Origin: a virus
Lineage: Duplodnaviria > Caudoviricetes
Direction: 5' to 3' (one strand)
DNA: 64,000 nucleotides
IMG/VR virus record: IMGVR_UViG_3300017919_000016
Location: 27,965 to 91,964 of that record
In this document: positions 18,580-28,473 of the stretch, in pieces
Position numbering within the stretch: the first letter of the stretch is position 1
How the letters are laid out: the number at the start of each line of letters is the position of its first letter
Program-made: the position numbers and the translations under genes
The notes under the pieces: model-generated
What the model was told of the DNA's origin: nothing
What the model saw: only the letters and a program-made list of their open reading frames with translations
The model's database searches: none

Positions 18580-21500
18580 TTACTTTTTTATCGGGAGCTT
18601 CCAATATTCCCTGCGATTATCTCTTGCATTCCATCTCACACCAACACTTAGTTGATACTCAATAACGTCATCAGCTAGTAAGGTTCCTGACTTGATTAAC
18701 CTCGTGAAAATATCTCTTCTAAAGGGAACTCTCTCTTTCTTGGGATTGAATGGCTCCAAAGCAAGGAGTTCTTTCCTCAACCACTTTAACTCTTCACTAA
18801 GTGCACTCACTCTCTCCTTTCTATCTTCATAGCTTCGAATCTTATCGTGAAGATCCATGATATGGTCAGTAATCACTTTGATCGCACCGGTATCCTCGCC
18901 ATGTTTCTTTCCCTCTTCAACAGTCTCGTAGAGTTTCTGGTAGTAGATTTCGATTTCTTTTTCTAAACGTTCAAGTTCTTGCTCCTCGTGAGGTTTCAGG
19001 CTAACCTCTTCGATAACTTCATTTACCAATTCCGATAACTTCTTCGAGTTTTTCATTTCCTGCAGCATTGCCATGAAAGTGTGTTCGATGTTCTCTTCCC
19101 TGATAGCTTTTTCAAAACACTCCTCGGAATGGTTCTTAACAACAGAAGCTCTACACCGCCAATAATGCTTCTCCAACCCCTTATGGCTTGAAAGATGTAC
19201 AATCGGACAGCCGCAAATTCCGCATTGAAAAACCTTGAAGAACTCATCTCTAGTGTGCCGGTTTGTTTTCGTGATTTTCCTCGCCTTACTATTGATGATT
19301 CTCTGCACCTCATCCCACTTTTCTTTATCGATAATAGCTTCGTGATTATCTTCAATATAGTACATTGGCAGTTCACCATTGTTCGGGACTCTCTTCCCGG
19401 TAATGGAGTCGCTTGTGTACTTTCTTTGATAAAGCACATCTCCGATGTATGCTGGATTATTTAACATTCTACGAACTGTAGTGACCCCCCAAGCACTATT
19501 ATTCTTAGGACTTGGAATTTTATCCTCCGTTAGGCCTTTTGCAATACCCAGCATGCTTTTCCCTAATAGATACTCATCAAAGATTCTTTTAACCACGGCA
19601 GCCTTCTCGCTGTCAATTTCCCAGCTTCCATCTTTACCATAATAGAATCCATAAGGCAGTGTGCTGAGTTTAACAGATCCCCTTTCTGCTAATTTACTTC
19701 GACCCCATGTAAGGCTTTCACCAAGACTCCGCGACTCTTCTTGTGCGAGCGCGCTGTATACAGTCAGTAAGATTTCACCATCTTTTTCAGCTGTATCTAT
19801 CTCTTCTTTCTCGAACATTATAGAAACACCTAGAGCCTCTAATTCTCTCACATACTCCAAGCAATCTACAGTGTTCCTAGCAAATCTCGATATAGACTTG
19901 GTGATGACGCGATCAATTTTTCCTTTTCTGCAATCTGAAATCAACTCTTGAAAACCATCTCGATTCTCCGCCTTCGTTCCTGATACCCCCTCGTCATAAT
20001 AAACCTTAATCAGTCGATAATCAGGATTCTTTAACACAGCATAAGTGTAGTAGGCCATCTGAGCTTCCAACGATCCTAATTGCACTGGATCATCAGTACT
20101 AACTCTTGCATATACAGCGATTCTAACCTTTTTCTTGGCAGGCGGGCTATGTTGTTTACTTTCCCTGATTTCTCTTCGTATACGATCGATAATATTCTCT
20201 GAAAAGTATTTTTCAACTCTAACTGCTTGCATGTTCTCACCTCTTACTTTAGGAAATGGTGGATCTATTTCTTCCACGCCTTCAATTTCACATCCCTCTA
20301 CTAAGATGCGATATTGCTCCTTATTTTGGGATTTTAGTATCAAATCTTTCCCCATCAATTGTTCCCGCTTTAGCTCCATTTCCACTTTTCTATTCTCACA
20401 AGTCCCAACAGTCGTATGTAGATCATCATACCAATGCACCTGGTAATCTTCTAAAGAGAAAATCCTGATTTCCAAAATCCACGCTCTAAGAACATCAACA
20501 TTAGCTCTCTCTATAAAATCTTCAGGAGATTTTGCTTTTCGTAATAGTTCAATCGCGAGATCACGATACTTCCGATCTTCTTCTATCATGGTCGCTAGAT
20601 GCTCGAACTCCACTATTGCTCGCTCCACCTTTTCTTTTTCAATGATTGCTAATTCATCTTCCGATGCTCGTCTTTGATGCTCTTTCGCGATTTGTAATTT
20701 GCTTAGTAAGCTAAGGCGATGAAGTTCAAACCGATCATTTTTGTTCACCCAAATCAATTCATCCTTCATCACTTCTAATATTTTAGGATTGTTGAAATCA
20801 TACCTCTTTCTGATAATTTCCTTCATCAGTTTGAGAATCTTTTTATCGGTTAACCGTGGAGAATCACATAATCTCGCTTGTTTTTGCTTCACGCTGCAGA
20901 CCCATTCAACGCGATTCTTTTTTCTGCTCTTGTGATAGTTCACATCGCATAGGCCGCAACTTATCCTCTTCGAACAAGAGTGATGTATCTTTTTGCCAAG
21001 TCCTTTTTTTCTCCTCTTCTCCGAGAGCATATCTTTTGCTTTTTCAAAACACTCAGGTGAAAGAATTCTGGGATAGGCATTCTCAATGAGATACATATCC
21101 TTCTCACTATCTTTAAGAAATTCGACTTTTTGAGAGAGGGAACTGTTATATTGATTTGTTATCTTCTCACCAATATAAGACCTATTCTCTAAGATATTCA
21201 GTATCAATGTATGCGACCAAATAGTATGCCCACTAACGGTCTTTACACCTCTATCCGTTAAGAGTTTTAGAATTTCAGCGATTTTCATACCTCCAATAAA
21301 GAGTTCAAAGACTTCTTTTATCACCTCAGCTTCTTCTTCGTGAATGACTGCCACCTGTCCCTGTGTTGTCTTTACAATTTTATAACCGAACTGTCTTCTA
21401 TAGATTGGATTACCGGAAAGGATTCGTTTGTTTTGGCCCCACTTACTATTGTGGGCTATGCTCACAATTTCATCTTGGCTGATCGCCGCCAAGGCTGTTA

Positions 21501-21954
21501 GAAAGAACTTGTTTTTTCTTTCCATACTATTGATGTTTTCTTTCTCAAAAATTACCGGTATTCCAAGATCACTTAAATGGTCCACAACTTCCAGAAGATC
21601 TTTCGCGTTTCTAGAAAACCTAGAGATGCTCTTCGTTAACACCAAATCTATCAATCCATCGTCGCAATGTCTAAGGAGTCTTTTGAACCCGGGACGACCA
21701 TCTATCGTTACACCTGATATTTCCTTATCATAATATAAACCCACCAACTTATACTCATCATGACTTCTGATGTAATGGGTGTAATATTTTAACTGATTCT
21801 CGAGAGAGTTGATTTGCTTATCACCGCTCTGTCTACTAAGCCTGCAATAGGCAGCAACTCTTAACTTTCCATTACTCTCTTTTTCTGGCTCTTCTTTTTC
21901 CTTTGGCCATAGCACTTCAACCGTCTTTTTCCTCACAACAAAAACTCCTTTCAC
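18580..21954 (-). CDS. Double large serine recombinase (two complete LSR units fused)
   Basis: Two YxRxS catalytic motifs, two KSISRFxRN, two Zn ribbons; internal RBS and ATG at 20232. Confidence 0.92.
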   Translation of the reverse strand: MKGVFVVRKKTVEVLWPKEKEEPEKESNGKLRVAAYCRLSRQSGDKQINSLENQLKYYTHYIRSHDEYKLVGLYYDKEISGVTIDGRPGFKRLLRHCDDGLIDLVLTKSISRFSRNAKDLLEVVDHLSDLGIPVIFEKENINSMERKNKFFLTALAAISQDEIVSIAHNSKWGQNKRILSGNPIYRRQFGYKIVKTTQGQVAVIHEEEAEVIKEVFELFIGGMKIAEILKLLTDRGVKTVSGHTIWSHTLILNILENRSYIGEKITNQYNSSLSQKVEFLKDSEKDMYLIENAYPRILSPECFEKAKDMLSEKRRKKGLGKKIHHSCSKRISCGLCDVNYHKSRKKNRVEWVCSVKQKQARLCDSPRLTDKKILKLMKEIIRKRYDFNNPKILEVMKDELIWVNKNDRFELHRLSLLSKLQIAKEHQRRASEDELAIIEKEKVERAIVEFEHLATMIEEDRKYRDLAIELLRKAKSPEDFIERANVDVLRAWILEIRIFSLEDYQVHWYDDLHTTVGTCENRKVEMELKREQLMGKDLILKSQNKEQYRILVEGCEIEGVEEIDPPFPKVRGENMQAVRVEKYFSENIIDRIRREIRESKQHSPPAKKKVRIAVYARVSTDDPVQLGSLEAQMAYYTYAVLKNPDYRLIKVYYDEGVSGTKAENRDGFQELISDCRKGKIDRVITKSISRFARNTVDCLEYVRELEALGVSIMFEKEEIDTAEKDGEILLTVYSALAQEESRSLGESLTWGRSKLAERGSVKLSTLPYGFYYGKDGSWEIDSEKAAVVKRIFDEYLLGKSMLGIAKGLTEDKIPSPKNNSAWGVTTVRRMLNNPAYIGDVLYQRKYTSDSITGKRVPNNGELPMYYIEDNHEAIIDKEKWDEVQRIINSKARKITKTNRHTRDEFFKVFQCGICGCPIVHLSSHKGLEKHYWRCRASVVKNHSEECFEKAIREENIEHTFMAMLQEMKNSKKLSELVNEVIEEVSLKPHEEQELERLEKEIEIYYQKLYETVEEGKKHGEDTGAIKVITDHIMDLHDKIRSYEDRKERVSALSEELKWLRKELLALEPFNPKKERVPFRRDIFTRLIKSGTLLADDVIEYQLSVGVRWNARDNRREYWKLPIKK

Positions 21955-22129
21955 TAGAGCCCACCTGTAAGGTCCCAGGTATGTTATTAATGGCTCTAGT
22001 CCAGAGATAATGCAAGTACTATCTCCAGAATGAAAGAAGTTCTTTTTCTCGATCTGTTTCTCATGTCATGGCATTAGGTTTTCTTAGGTTTTGTAAGTCG
22101 AGAGTTGTGAATCTCTGTTTCAGAAGAAG

Positions 22130-23812
22130 CTATCTTGATTTCTTTTTCTGCGCTCTTCTCCTCGCGTCTACTTCATAAGAGGCTCCGCATTTGAGTCTAA
22201 ACTCTACTCGCCATTTATTGTAGACGATTCCTTTCTCAAGAACTTTGGCCAGGATGTCTGGAACAAAGTCTTCTTCGGGGCCTTTGATGTTCTCTAAGAC
22301 TTCAATTAGGATTTTCAGATTCTCTTCAAGGTATTCACTTTCCTTTTTGTTCTCACTCAACCCATCATACTCCATTTGGAGAATCTCCTGTTCGTATATT
22401 AAGTGTCGCATAGTCGCCTCGTAAATGACCTCATTCGATCCTGTTGATCTGGCAGCCATTGCAGTAATTTTATCTGTAATCCTATCGATTTGGGTGCCTA
22501 GTTCATTTAGCCTTCTGTCTTCTTCCTCTGTTAATGAGGCTTCTTCAATCGCCAGTTCCACATCTTCAATCAGTTTATCTCTGTCATTTTTAATATCAAA
22601 GAGAAGTTTCATGAAGGCCCTTTCTAACTCTTCTTCCCAAACATAACTGCATTTACAATCTTTAAAATTTGGATCTCGTTTGGAAGCGACTCTACAGTGC
22701 CAGGCCGTGAACTTCACAGGTGCTCTATCCACTCCGCAGTGAGTCGTGAGCCGCCTTCTGGTCACCGGCCTTCCGCACTCTCCGCAAAATAGTTTATTTG
22801 AAAATGGCGCTGCCCCGCTATAAGCCATGTTGTATTTATTGTCTGGATCCCTAAACATCTTACTACGTCTATTCAGCTCTTCTTGTACCTTTTCCCAATC
22901 TTCCTCGCTGATGATAGCTGGATGGTGATTTCTAATATAGTACTGCGGCTGATGCTCTTTATTCCTCACTCGCTCATGGGTCAGAAAATCCACCGTCACG
23001 GTCTTCTGTGCTAGGCAATCACCTTTGTATTTTTCATTTCGTAGAATTTTGTACACAGAATCTGAAGTCCAGGTCTTCTTATTTCTCGCTGTCCTAATCC
23101 CATCTTTCATCAGTTCCTTGGCAATTGTAGGTGTACCTTTCCCTTCAAGTACCTCACGGTATATTCGCCTAACCACTTCAGCCTGCTTCTCATCGATGAT
23201 AATATTTCCATCCTCGTCTTCTGTGTATCCTAGAAAGTAGGTCGTTGGAACATGGGCTTTGCCCTGTTGGAACCTTTTCTGAACACCCCACTTCGTGTTT
23301 TCTGAAATGGACCTCGACTCTTCCTGGGCCATGGATGAAAGAATAGTGAGGAACAGCTCACTTTTACTATCTAACGTGTCGAGGTTTTCCTTTTGAAAGT
23401 AAATCCCAATGCCGAGGTTCTTCAGCATTCTGATGTAGTGTAGACAGTCCAGGGTGTTCCTCGCAAATCGGCTGATGGATTTGGTGATGATGTAGTCGAT
23501 TTCTTTCTTCTGGCAACGCTCGATCATCCGATTAAACTCAACCCGGTTCTTAGTTGAAGTCCCTGACAGGCCCTCATCAGCAAAGATCTCTACGAGTTCC
23601 CAGTTAGGGTTCTTCTCTACATATTCTTTGAAGTAAGATACCTGTATATCGTAGCTGGTGGCCTGCATGGCTGAGTCTGTAGAAACACGTACATAAACCC
23701 CAATTCTTTTCTTTTGACCATCAAAGTTCTCTTCATTCCTCGAGGTCCTAGTTCGAGCTGGGATGATGCTGACCCTTGATGCTGGCAGCCTTCGTGTTTG
23801 TTCTGTATTCAT
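22130..23812 (-). CDS. Large serine recombinase
   Basis: YVRVS, KSISRFARN, AQEES, CGECG. Confidence 0.96.
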   Translation of the reverse strand: MNTEQTRRLPASRVSIIPARTRTSRNEENFDGQKKRIGVYVRVSTDSAMQATSYDIQVSYFKEYVEKNPNWELVEIFADEGLSGTSTKNRVEFNRMIERCQKKEIDYIITKSISRFARNTLDCLHYIRMLKNLGIGIYFQKENLDTLDSKSELFLTILSSMAQEESRSISENTKWGVQKRFQQGKAHVPTTYFLGYTEDEDGNIIIDEKQAEVVRRIYREVLEGKGTPTIAKELMKDGIRTARNKKTWTSDSVYKILRNEKYKGDCLAQKTVTVDFLTHERVRNKEHQPQYYIRNHHPAIISEEDWEKVQEELNRRSKMFRDPDNKYNMAYSGAAPFSNKLFCGECGRPVTRRRLTTHCGVDRAPVKFTAWHCRVASKRDPNFKDCKCSYVWEEELERAFMKLLFDIKNDRDKLIEDVELAIEEASLTEEEDRRLNELGTQIDRITDKITAMAARSTGSNEVIYEATMRHLIYEQEILQMEYDGLSENKKESEYLEENLKILIEVLENIKGPEEDFVPDILAKVLEKGIVYNKWRVEFRLKCGASYEVDARRRAQKKKSR

Positions 23813-25440
23813 TAAGCATCTCCCCCTTCTTTAAGACTGACCTCTGTTTCCTCACCAGTAACCCACACAATTCTCAATAAAAAAGATGACTCCGCTATTA
23901 CACGTGTCATCCATGCCCTTAAAAATTTTGTGCTATCTAGTTTTTTGTATAACTCATTGATAGGATTCGTTGACTCTTTAACTCTACCAAGCTCAGCAAT
24001 AGCGTCTCTTCTGTATGGATCATCTGAATCAATCATTGCCCACCAAGGTTCTCTTTCAGATATAGTTTTTTCGATAGCTATTCTCTGATTCTCAAACTCA
24101 GTACTATCTTTGTTTTCAATAACTGCCATGCTTTCTGCGAAGAGGGCTTTTTCCAGTTCTAGGCGCAGTTTATTCTGTTCCCCGTCTCTTAGCACTTCTG
24201 TGTTTAAGAGGTTCTTCTCAAGTTGAATGATTTGACGTTTTGCAGGTGCCTTTGGATCAATCTCAAACTTCTCTATAAAGGCTTTCTTCAGAGCCTTAAA
24301 AATCGTCTCATCTTTGATACCATCCATTTTACAGAGTCTTGCGCTTTTCATGCGTGTGCTACAACGCCATGTGACATATCCTCTGGTCTTGTATCTATGG
24401 TAATTTGCACCACATTCACTGCAGACAATTCTTCCGGTAAAATCATAGCGTTTACTGGGCCCGCGCTTAACCCCTTTCGTTTTAGGTTTAAGCATCTTTT
24501 GTGCACTTTCAAATGTATCTCTATCAATAATCCCTTCATGATGATCTTTGATGTAGTATTTCGTTTTTTGTCCTTTGTTCACTACCTTCTTATGGGTTAG
24601 ATAGTCTTCTGTAAATGTCTTTTGACAAACAACATCCCCTACGTAACGTTCATTTCTAAGGATTGATGTAATGGCAACGTTGGTCCAGTCATTTCTCCCG
24701 TTTGCCTTCACATAGCCATTTCTGATAAAGTGATTCGCAATTTCAGTCGGGGTTCTTCCTTCTAGAAACTGTCTGAAAATCTCGCGTACCGCGGCTGCTT
24801 CCTTTGGATCTATCACCCATCGTTTACCCTTCACCTTTTTATAGCCAAGAATTCTAACAAACCTGGCTTCGCCTTGCTCAAAGCGCTTTGATGTAGCCCA
24901 AGTGATGTTTTCTGACGTGCTTCGGCTTTCCTCTTGAGCTGTTGCTGCGAGCATCGTGAGTATAAATTCGCTCTGCATGTCCCCTGTGTAGAGATTTTCT
25001 TTCTCGAACAGGACATAGATCTTTTTCTCTCGGAGCTCTCTAATTACTTTTAAGGTGTCCATGACATTTCGAGCAAACCTTGAGATGGATTTGCAGAGGA
25101 TCAAGTCGATCTTACCAGCTTTGGCGTAGCGGATCATTTTATTGAACCCGTGCCTACTTTCCATCTTCGTTCCGGATTTGCCAAGGTCTGAAAAGACTCC
25201 AGCAAACTGCCACTCAGGGTTTGAGCGGATGTAGTTGGTATAGTGGACGATTTGATTATCAAGTGAATTCATTTGAAGCTCTTCTTCCGTACTAACCCTG
25301 CAATATGAAGCAACTCTTAATCTTTCACTATCGATCGCTAGGTTTCCCAAACTAAGTTCACTAGAACGATTTCTTGACGCTCCGTACCTAAAAGTTTCAT
25401 TGTCCATGTCTAGTGTTCTCGCTGATAAAGTTTTCTCCAC
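23812..25440 (-). CDS. Large serine recombinase
   Basis: YCRVS, KSISRFARN, CSECG. Confidence 0.96.
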   Translation of the reverse strand: MEKTLSARTLDMDNETFRYGASRNRSSELSLGNLAIDSERLRVASYCRVSTEEELQMNSLDNQIVHYTNYIRSNPEWQFAGVFSDLGKSGTKMESRHGFNKMIRYAKAGKIDLILCKSISRFARNVMDTLKVIRELREKKIYVLFEKENLYTGDMQSEFILTMLAATAQEESRSTSENITWATSKRFEQGEARFVRILGYKKVKGKRWVIDPKEAAAVREIFRQFLEGRTPTEIANHFIRNGYVKANGRNDWTNVAITSILRNERYVGDVVCQKTFTEDYLTHKKVVNKGQKTKYYIKDHHEGIIDRDTFESAQKMLKPKTKGVKRGPSKRYDFTGRIVCSECGANYHRYKTRGYVTWRCSTRMKSARLCKMDGIKDETIFKALKKAFIEKFEIDPKAPAKRQIIQLEKNLLNTEVLRDGEQNKLRLELEKALFAESMAVIENKDSTEFENQRIAIEKTISEREPWWAMIDSDDPYRRDAIAELGRVKESTNPINELYKKLDSTKFLRAWMTRVIAESSFLLRIVWVTGEETEVSLKEGGDA

Positions 25441-25677
25441 GATTCTTCCTCCTTTCGTCTAGTAAGCCATTCTATAAAAATCTTTTGAATGACCATCCAA
25501 ACACCTCTTTTTAACAAAAGACCCTGAAACGCTGAAAATTCAATGCTTCAGGGTATCGGCGTCATAGTATATATCACTTATAAACAGATGAATAGCAAGT
25601 CATTTCTACTATAAATTGGGATGAAAATAAGCCGATGCTATAGAGATAACACCGGCTAGAGTTTTGCGATTTTTCTT

Positions 25678-26673
25678 CTATTCGAACTTCATATAGCCAT
25701 CAAATCCTGCCGTTTTCAAACGGGCCATGAGATCCTCTGCATTCTTCTTTTCGCCGAATGCGCCCGCCTGGACCCGATAGAGTTTTTTGTCTCGCTTTTT
25801 CTCTGGCTCAACCTCCACACCAGCGCTGATCATGTCAAGGTTGTCTTTCGCTACCCAAGTCATAACCCCAGCCTTTTCATCCATGGTGCTTTTCAGAATG
25901 GTTTTTCCCAGTAGGACACATTCTTTGTCTCCTTTAACCACTGGTTTACCACCGGACTCATCTTGGGTGATTAAGTGGTAGTTCCACTTCACCCAGTTTG
26001 GAATAATGGGACCGCCTGGATAGTAGGTTTTGGCAGATGCCTTGATTTCTACAATATTACCAACTCCAAAGACCGTTTTACTATCATCTTCATTTTCGAG
26101 TTCTCTTTTCACAGCAGCTCTAAAGGAGTCCATATTTTCTCCATGCTTTGGAAACCAGTGCCCAACATCAGAATGATTAGAAGCAATGCCCTTCTTGTTT
26201 CCTTCTGCATGGCTGATGATATCCTTCTCGGTGAGCCCATATTTTCTGCAAAGGAACACGCAAAGATCCACTGCATTTTTCCAGGCCGCTCTAAAATAAG
26301 CCTCATGCTTTTTTGCGTCATAGCCCACCATCTGATTTCTAGAATAAGAAAACCCACCCGGCTCGCATATCTCAAAGCCGATGTGGGTATTGTTTGCATC
26401 TCCTCCGGCATGCCAACCCCTGTGATTCCAAGGAAGGTACTGCCAGATTTCTCTATCATCCAGGAAGGCATGAACACAAACCTGACGTTTGATCTCTTTC
26501 GCTTTATAGGATTTGTTCCACCAAATGAACCAGTCACCTGCCATCACACCGGGAGTTGCCGTGGAGTGGACCATGATGCCCCTCGGTGTGATCTTTCTCC
26601 CTGCGGTATAGCAATCATTTCTAGTCATGTACTTGATTCTCAGATTATTTAGTCCCATCCTTATCACCTCCAT
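25678..26673 (-). CDS. Endolysin: Amidase_2 with C-terminal SPOR domain
   Basis: VHST, WHAGG..N..IGFEICE, HSD; YRVQAGAF. Confidence 0.93.
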   Translation of the reverse strand: MEVIRMGLNNLRIKYMTRNDCYTAGRKITPRGIMVHSTATPGVMAGDWFIWWNKSYKAKEIKRQVCVHAFLDDREIWQYLPWNHRGWHAGGDANNTHIGFEICEPGGFSYSRNQMVGYDAKKHEAYFRAAWKNAVDLCVFLCRKYGLTEKDIISHAEGNKKGIASNHSDVGHWFPKHGENMDSFRAAVKRELENEDDSKTVFGVGNIVEIKASAKTYYPGGPIIPNWVKWNYHLITQDESGGKPVVKGDKECVLLGKTILKSTMDEKAGVMTWVAKDNLDMISAGVEVEPEKKRDKKLYRVQAGAFGEKKNAEDLMARLKTAGFDGYMKFE

Positions 26674-27061
26674 CCTTTAGCTGCTCTAGGATGTCTCTCA
26701 GCTTCTCTGGGACCGGTAGGCCGAGTCTTGTGGCGTTTTCGACGATACTGATTCCTTCATTGGATAGATAGAAGAAGATCACCGCAGTCCTAATGGCGCT
26801 GCCATCTCCGATAATATTCTGATCAATAATGTGTGCCACTCCTACCAAAGAAAAAATCACTACCTTCTTAAAGATGCCCTGAGCGCCTACGTCGCTAGAT
26901 AAGTGCTTTTCAAGCACCGCACACATAACACCCATGAGATAGTCAACCACTACAAAGGCAATCAGGGCATATAAAAAACCATCGTAGCCTCCTAGAAAAT
27001 AACCAAGCCATCCACCAACCGCCGCAAACATCATCTGAATGAAATTCCAAACTTCTCTCAT
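26645..27061 (-). CDS. Holin (toxin secretion/phage lysis family)
   Basis: GGYDG..D, KK, FYLSNEGISIVENA..GLPVP. Confidence 0.93.
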   Translation of the reverse strand: MREVWNFIQMMFAAVGGWLGYFLGGYDGFLYALIAFVVVDYLMGVMCAVLEKHLSSDVGAQGIFKKVVIFSLVGVAHIIDQNIIGDGSAIRTAVIFFYLSNEGISIVENATRLGLPVPEKLRDILEQLKDGGDKDGTK

Positions 27062-27152
27062 TTATATCCCTCACTTTCATAAATTCTCGTATATAAAAAG
27101 GCGCCCCCACAATGAGGACGCCTGGTGTTTCTATTCTGTTTGATTGTTTCCC

Positions 27153-28301
27153 TTAATAGGGTGCGAAGTAAATATACCCACTTGCCTTTATATAAAAGCC
27201 ATCACCCGGAATGTAGATGGCCCCATCGAATGTATCGTATTGACTTACCGCTAGATCAGGTTGATCCACCCCTTTCCAGCTGATACCATCATCGGACAAA
27301 TACATCATCTTCTCAGTGAACAAAGCGTATTTCTTCCACTCATTCATCCAGATGATATTCCTTGGATTAGAGATGTTATTACTAGCGAGGTCACCGACCC
27401 ATGAAAGATTCGTCTCCGTCATCTGTGTGGCATCGTCACTCATTACAGAGAGTTTCACATTGTAAATATAATCTCCACCCGTTTTTCTATAGTTATACTT
27501 TGTCACAAATAGCTTTTCATTTACTGACTGGATGAACATGTATCTTGTATCATTCTCGTCTTCTGGTATTGTCGTGATCCACTCATCTGGAGCCATTGAG
27601 TTAGCAATAGCTATTGATTTATCGCCGCCTACCACACCTACAAAGCTTCCTTTATGCGCTGTTAGATATTTGAAGATAGGCACCTTTTTTTCTTCAGTTG
27701 GTTCGATAAGAGTCCACTTAGTTTTCTCTTCTAATGAATCAAAGCTATGATAGATTGGAGTTTTCTCATACCACCAACTAACGACGCCACTTGATTCTTC
27801 CGCATCATATGCCGCTGTCGTCATGGCATTATAGGCTCCTTCACAGAAGCCCGCGTTATACCAAGTGATGCCATCATGAGAAGCGATGATATTAGCGAGT
27901 CCCGTAATCTTGGCCAGGAAAACTCCATCATCCGCGTAAAGTATCTCTGGTTCTCCATTTTCCCACCAAGAACAATCCACCATTGTCCACTCGCCACTAT
28001 CTTTATCAAAATATGAAACGTAAGGAGCTTTTGCTCTATACACAGCGATCTGAGCACTTCCGTTATCATAAACATTGATCTGCTTTTCATCACCCAGCAT
28101 CTCGTAACCAAAGTCTTCAAGGGTTAACTTTTCCCAGCTAAGTGAGTTCAGTCCAAGGTTTTCTACTGCATCATCGTCAAGATACTCTATCGCCTTAGCT
28201 TCATCAACTGGTGTGGTGTCAAAAAACACCATCGCGACGATTGCAATAAAAGCGACAATCATCAAACTGATGATGAGCTTACCTTTACCACTTTTTATCA
28301 C
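27153..28301 (-). CDS. Membrane-anchored/exported Asp-box beta-propeller-like protein, paralog of 28474-29547
   Basis: N-terminal KSGKGK plus ~19 hydrophobic residues; SxDGxxW boxes; colinear with upstream gene. Confidence 0.85.
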   Translation of the reverse strand: MIKSGKGKLIISLMIVAFIAIVAMVFFDTTPVDEAKAIEYLDDDAVENLGLNSLSWEKLTLEDFGYEMLGDEKQINVYDNGSAQIAVYRAKAPYVSYFDKDSGEWTMVDCSWWENGEPEILYADDGVFLAKITGLANIIASHDGITWYNAGFCEGAYNAMTTAAYDAEESSGVVSWWYEKTPIYHSFDSLEEKTKWTLIEPTEEKKVPIFKYLTAHKGSFVGVVGGDKSIAIANSMAPDEWITTIPEDENDTRYMFIQSVNEKLFVTKYNYRKTGGDYIYNVKLSVMSDDATQMTETNLSWVGDLASNNISNPRNIIWMNEWKKYALFTEKMMYLSDDGISWKGVDQPDLAVSQYDTFDGAIYIPGDGFYIKASGYIYFAPY

Positions 28302-28381
28302 TACTTCTCACCGCTCCTTTCAAATGGATAACACATAGACACCATCTATGAACTCAAATATCCTACGATATTCTGACATCT

Positions 28382-28411
28382 ATTATAAAATATATAACTA
28401 TATTTTTCCAA
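28382..28411 (-). promoter_or_regulatory. SigA-like promoter for 27153-28301
   Basis: TTGGAA-18nt-TATAAT on minus strand in an AT-rich intergenic region. Confidence 0.55.
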
Positions 28412-28473
28412 TCAATTCGAGCGTAAAACCATCTTTTTAATCGCCTCACTCAGCTTAAGAAATGTAGTTTTCA

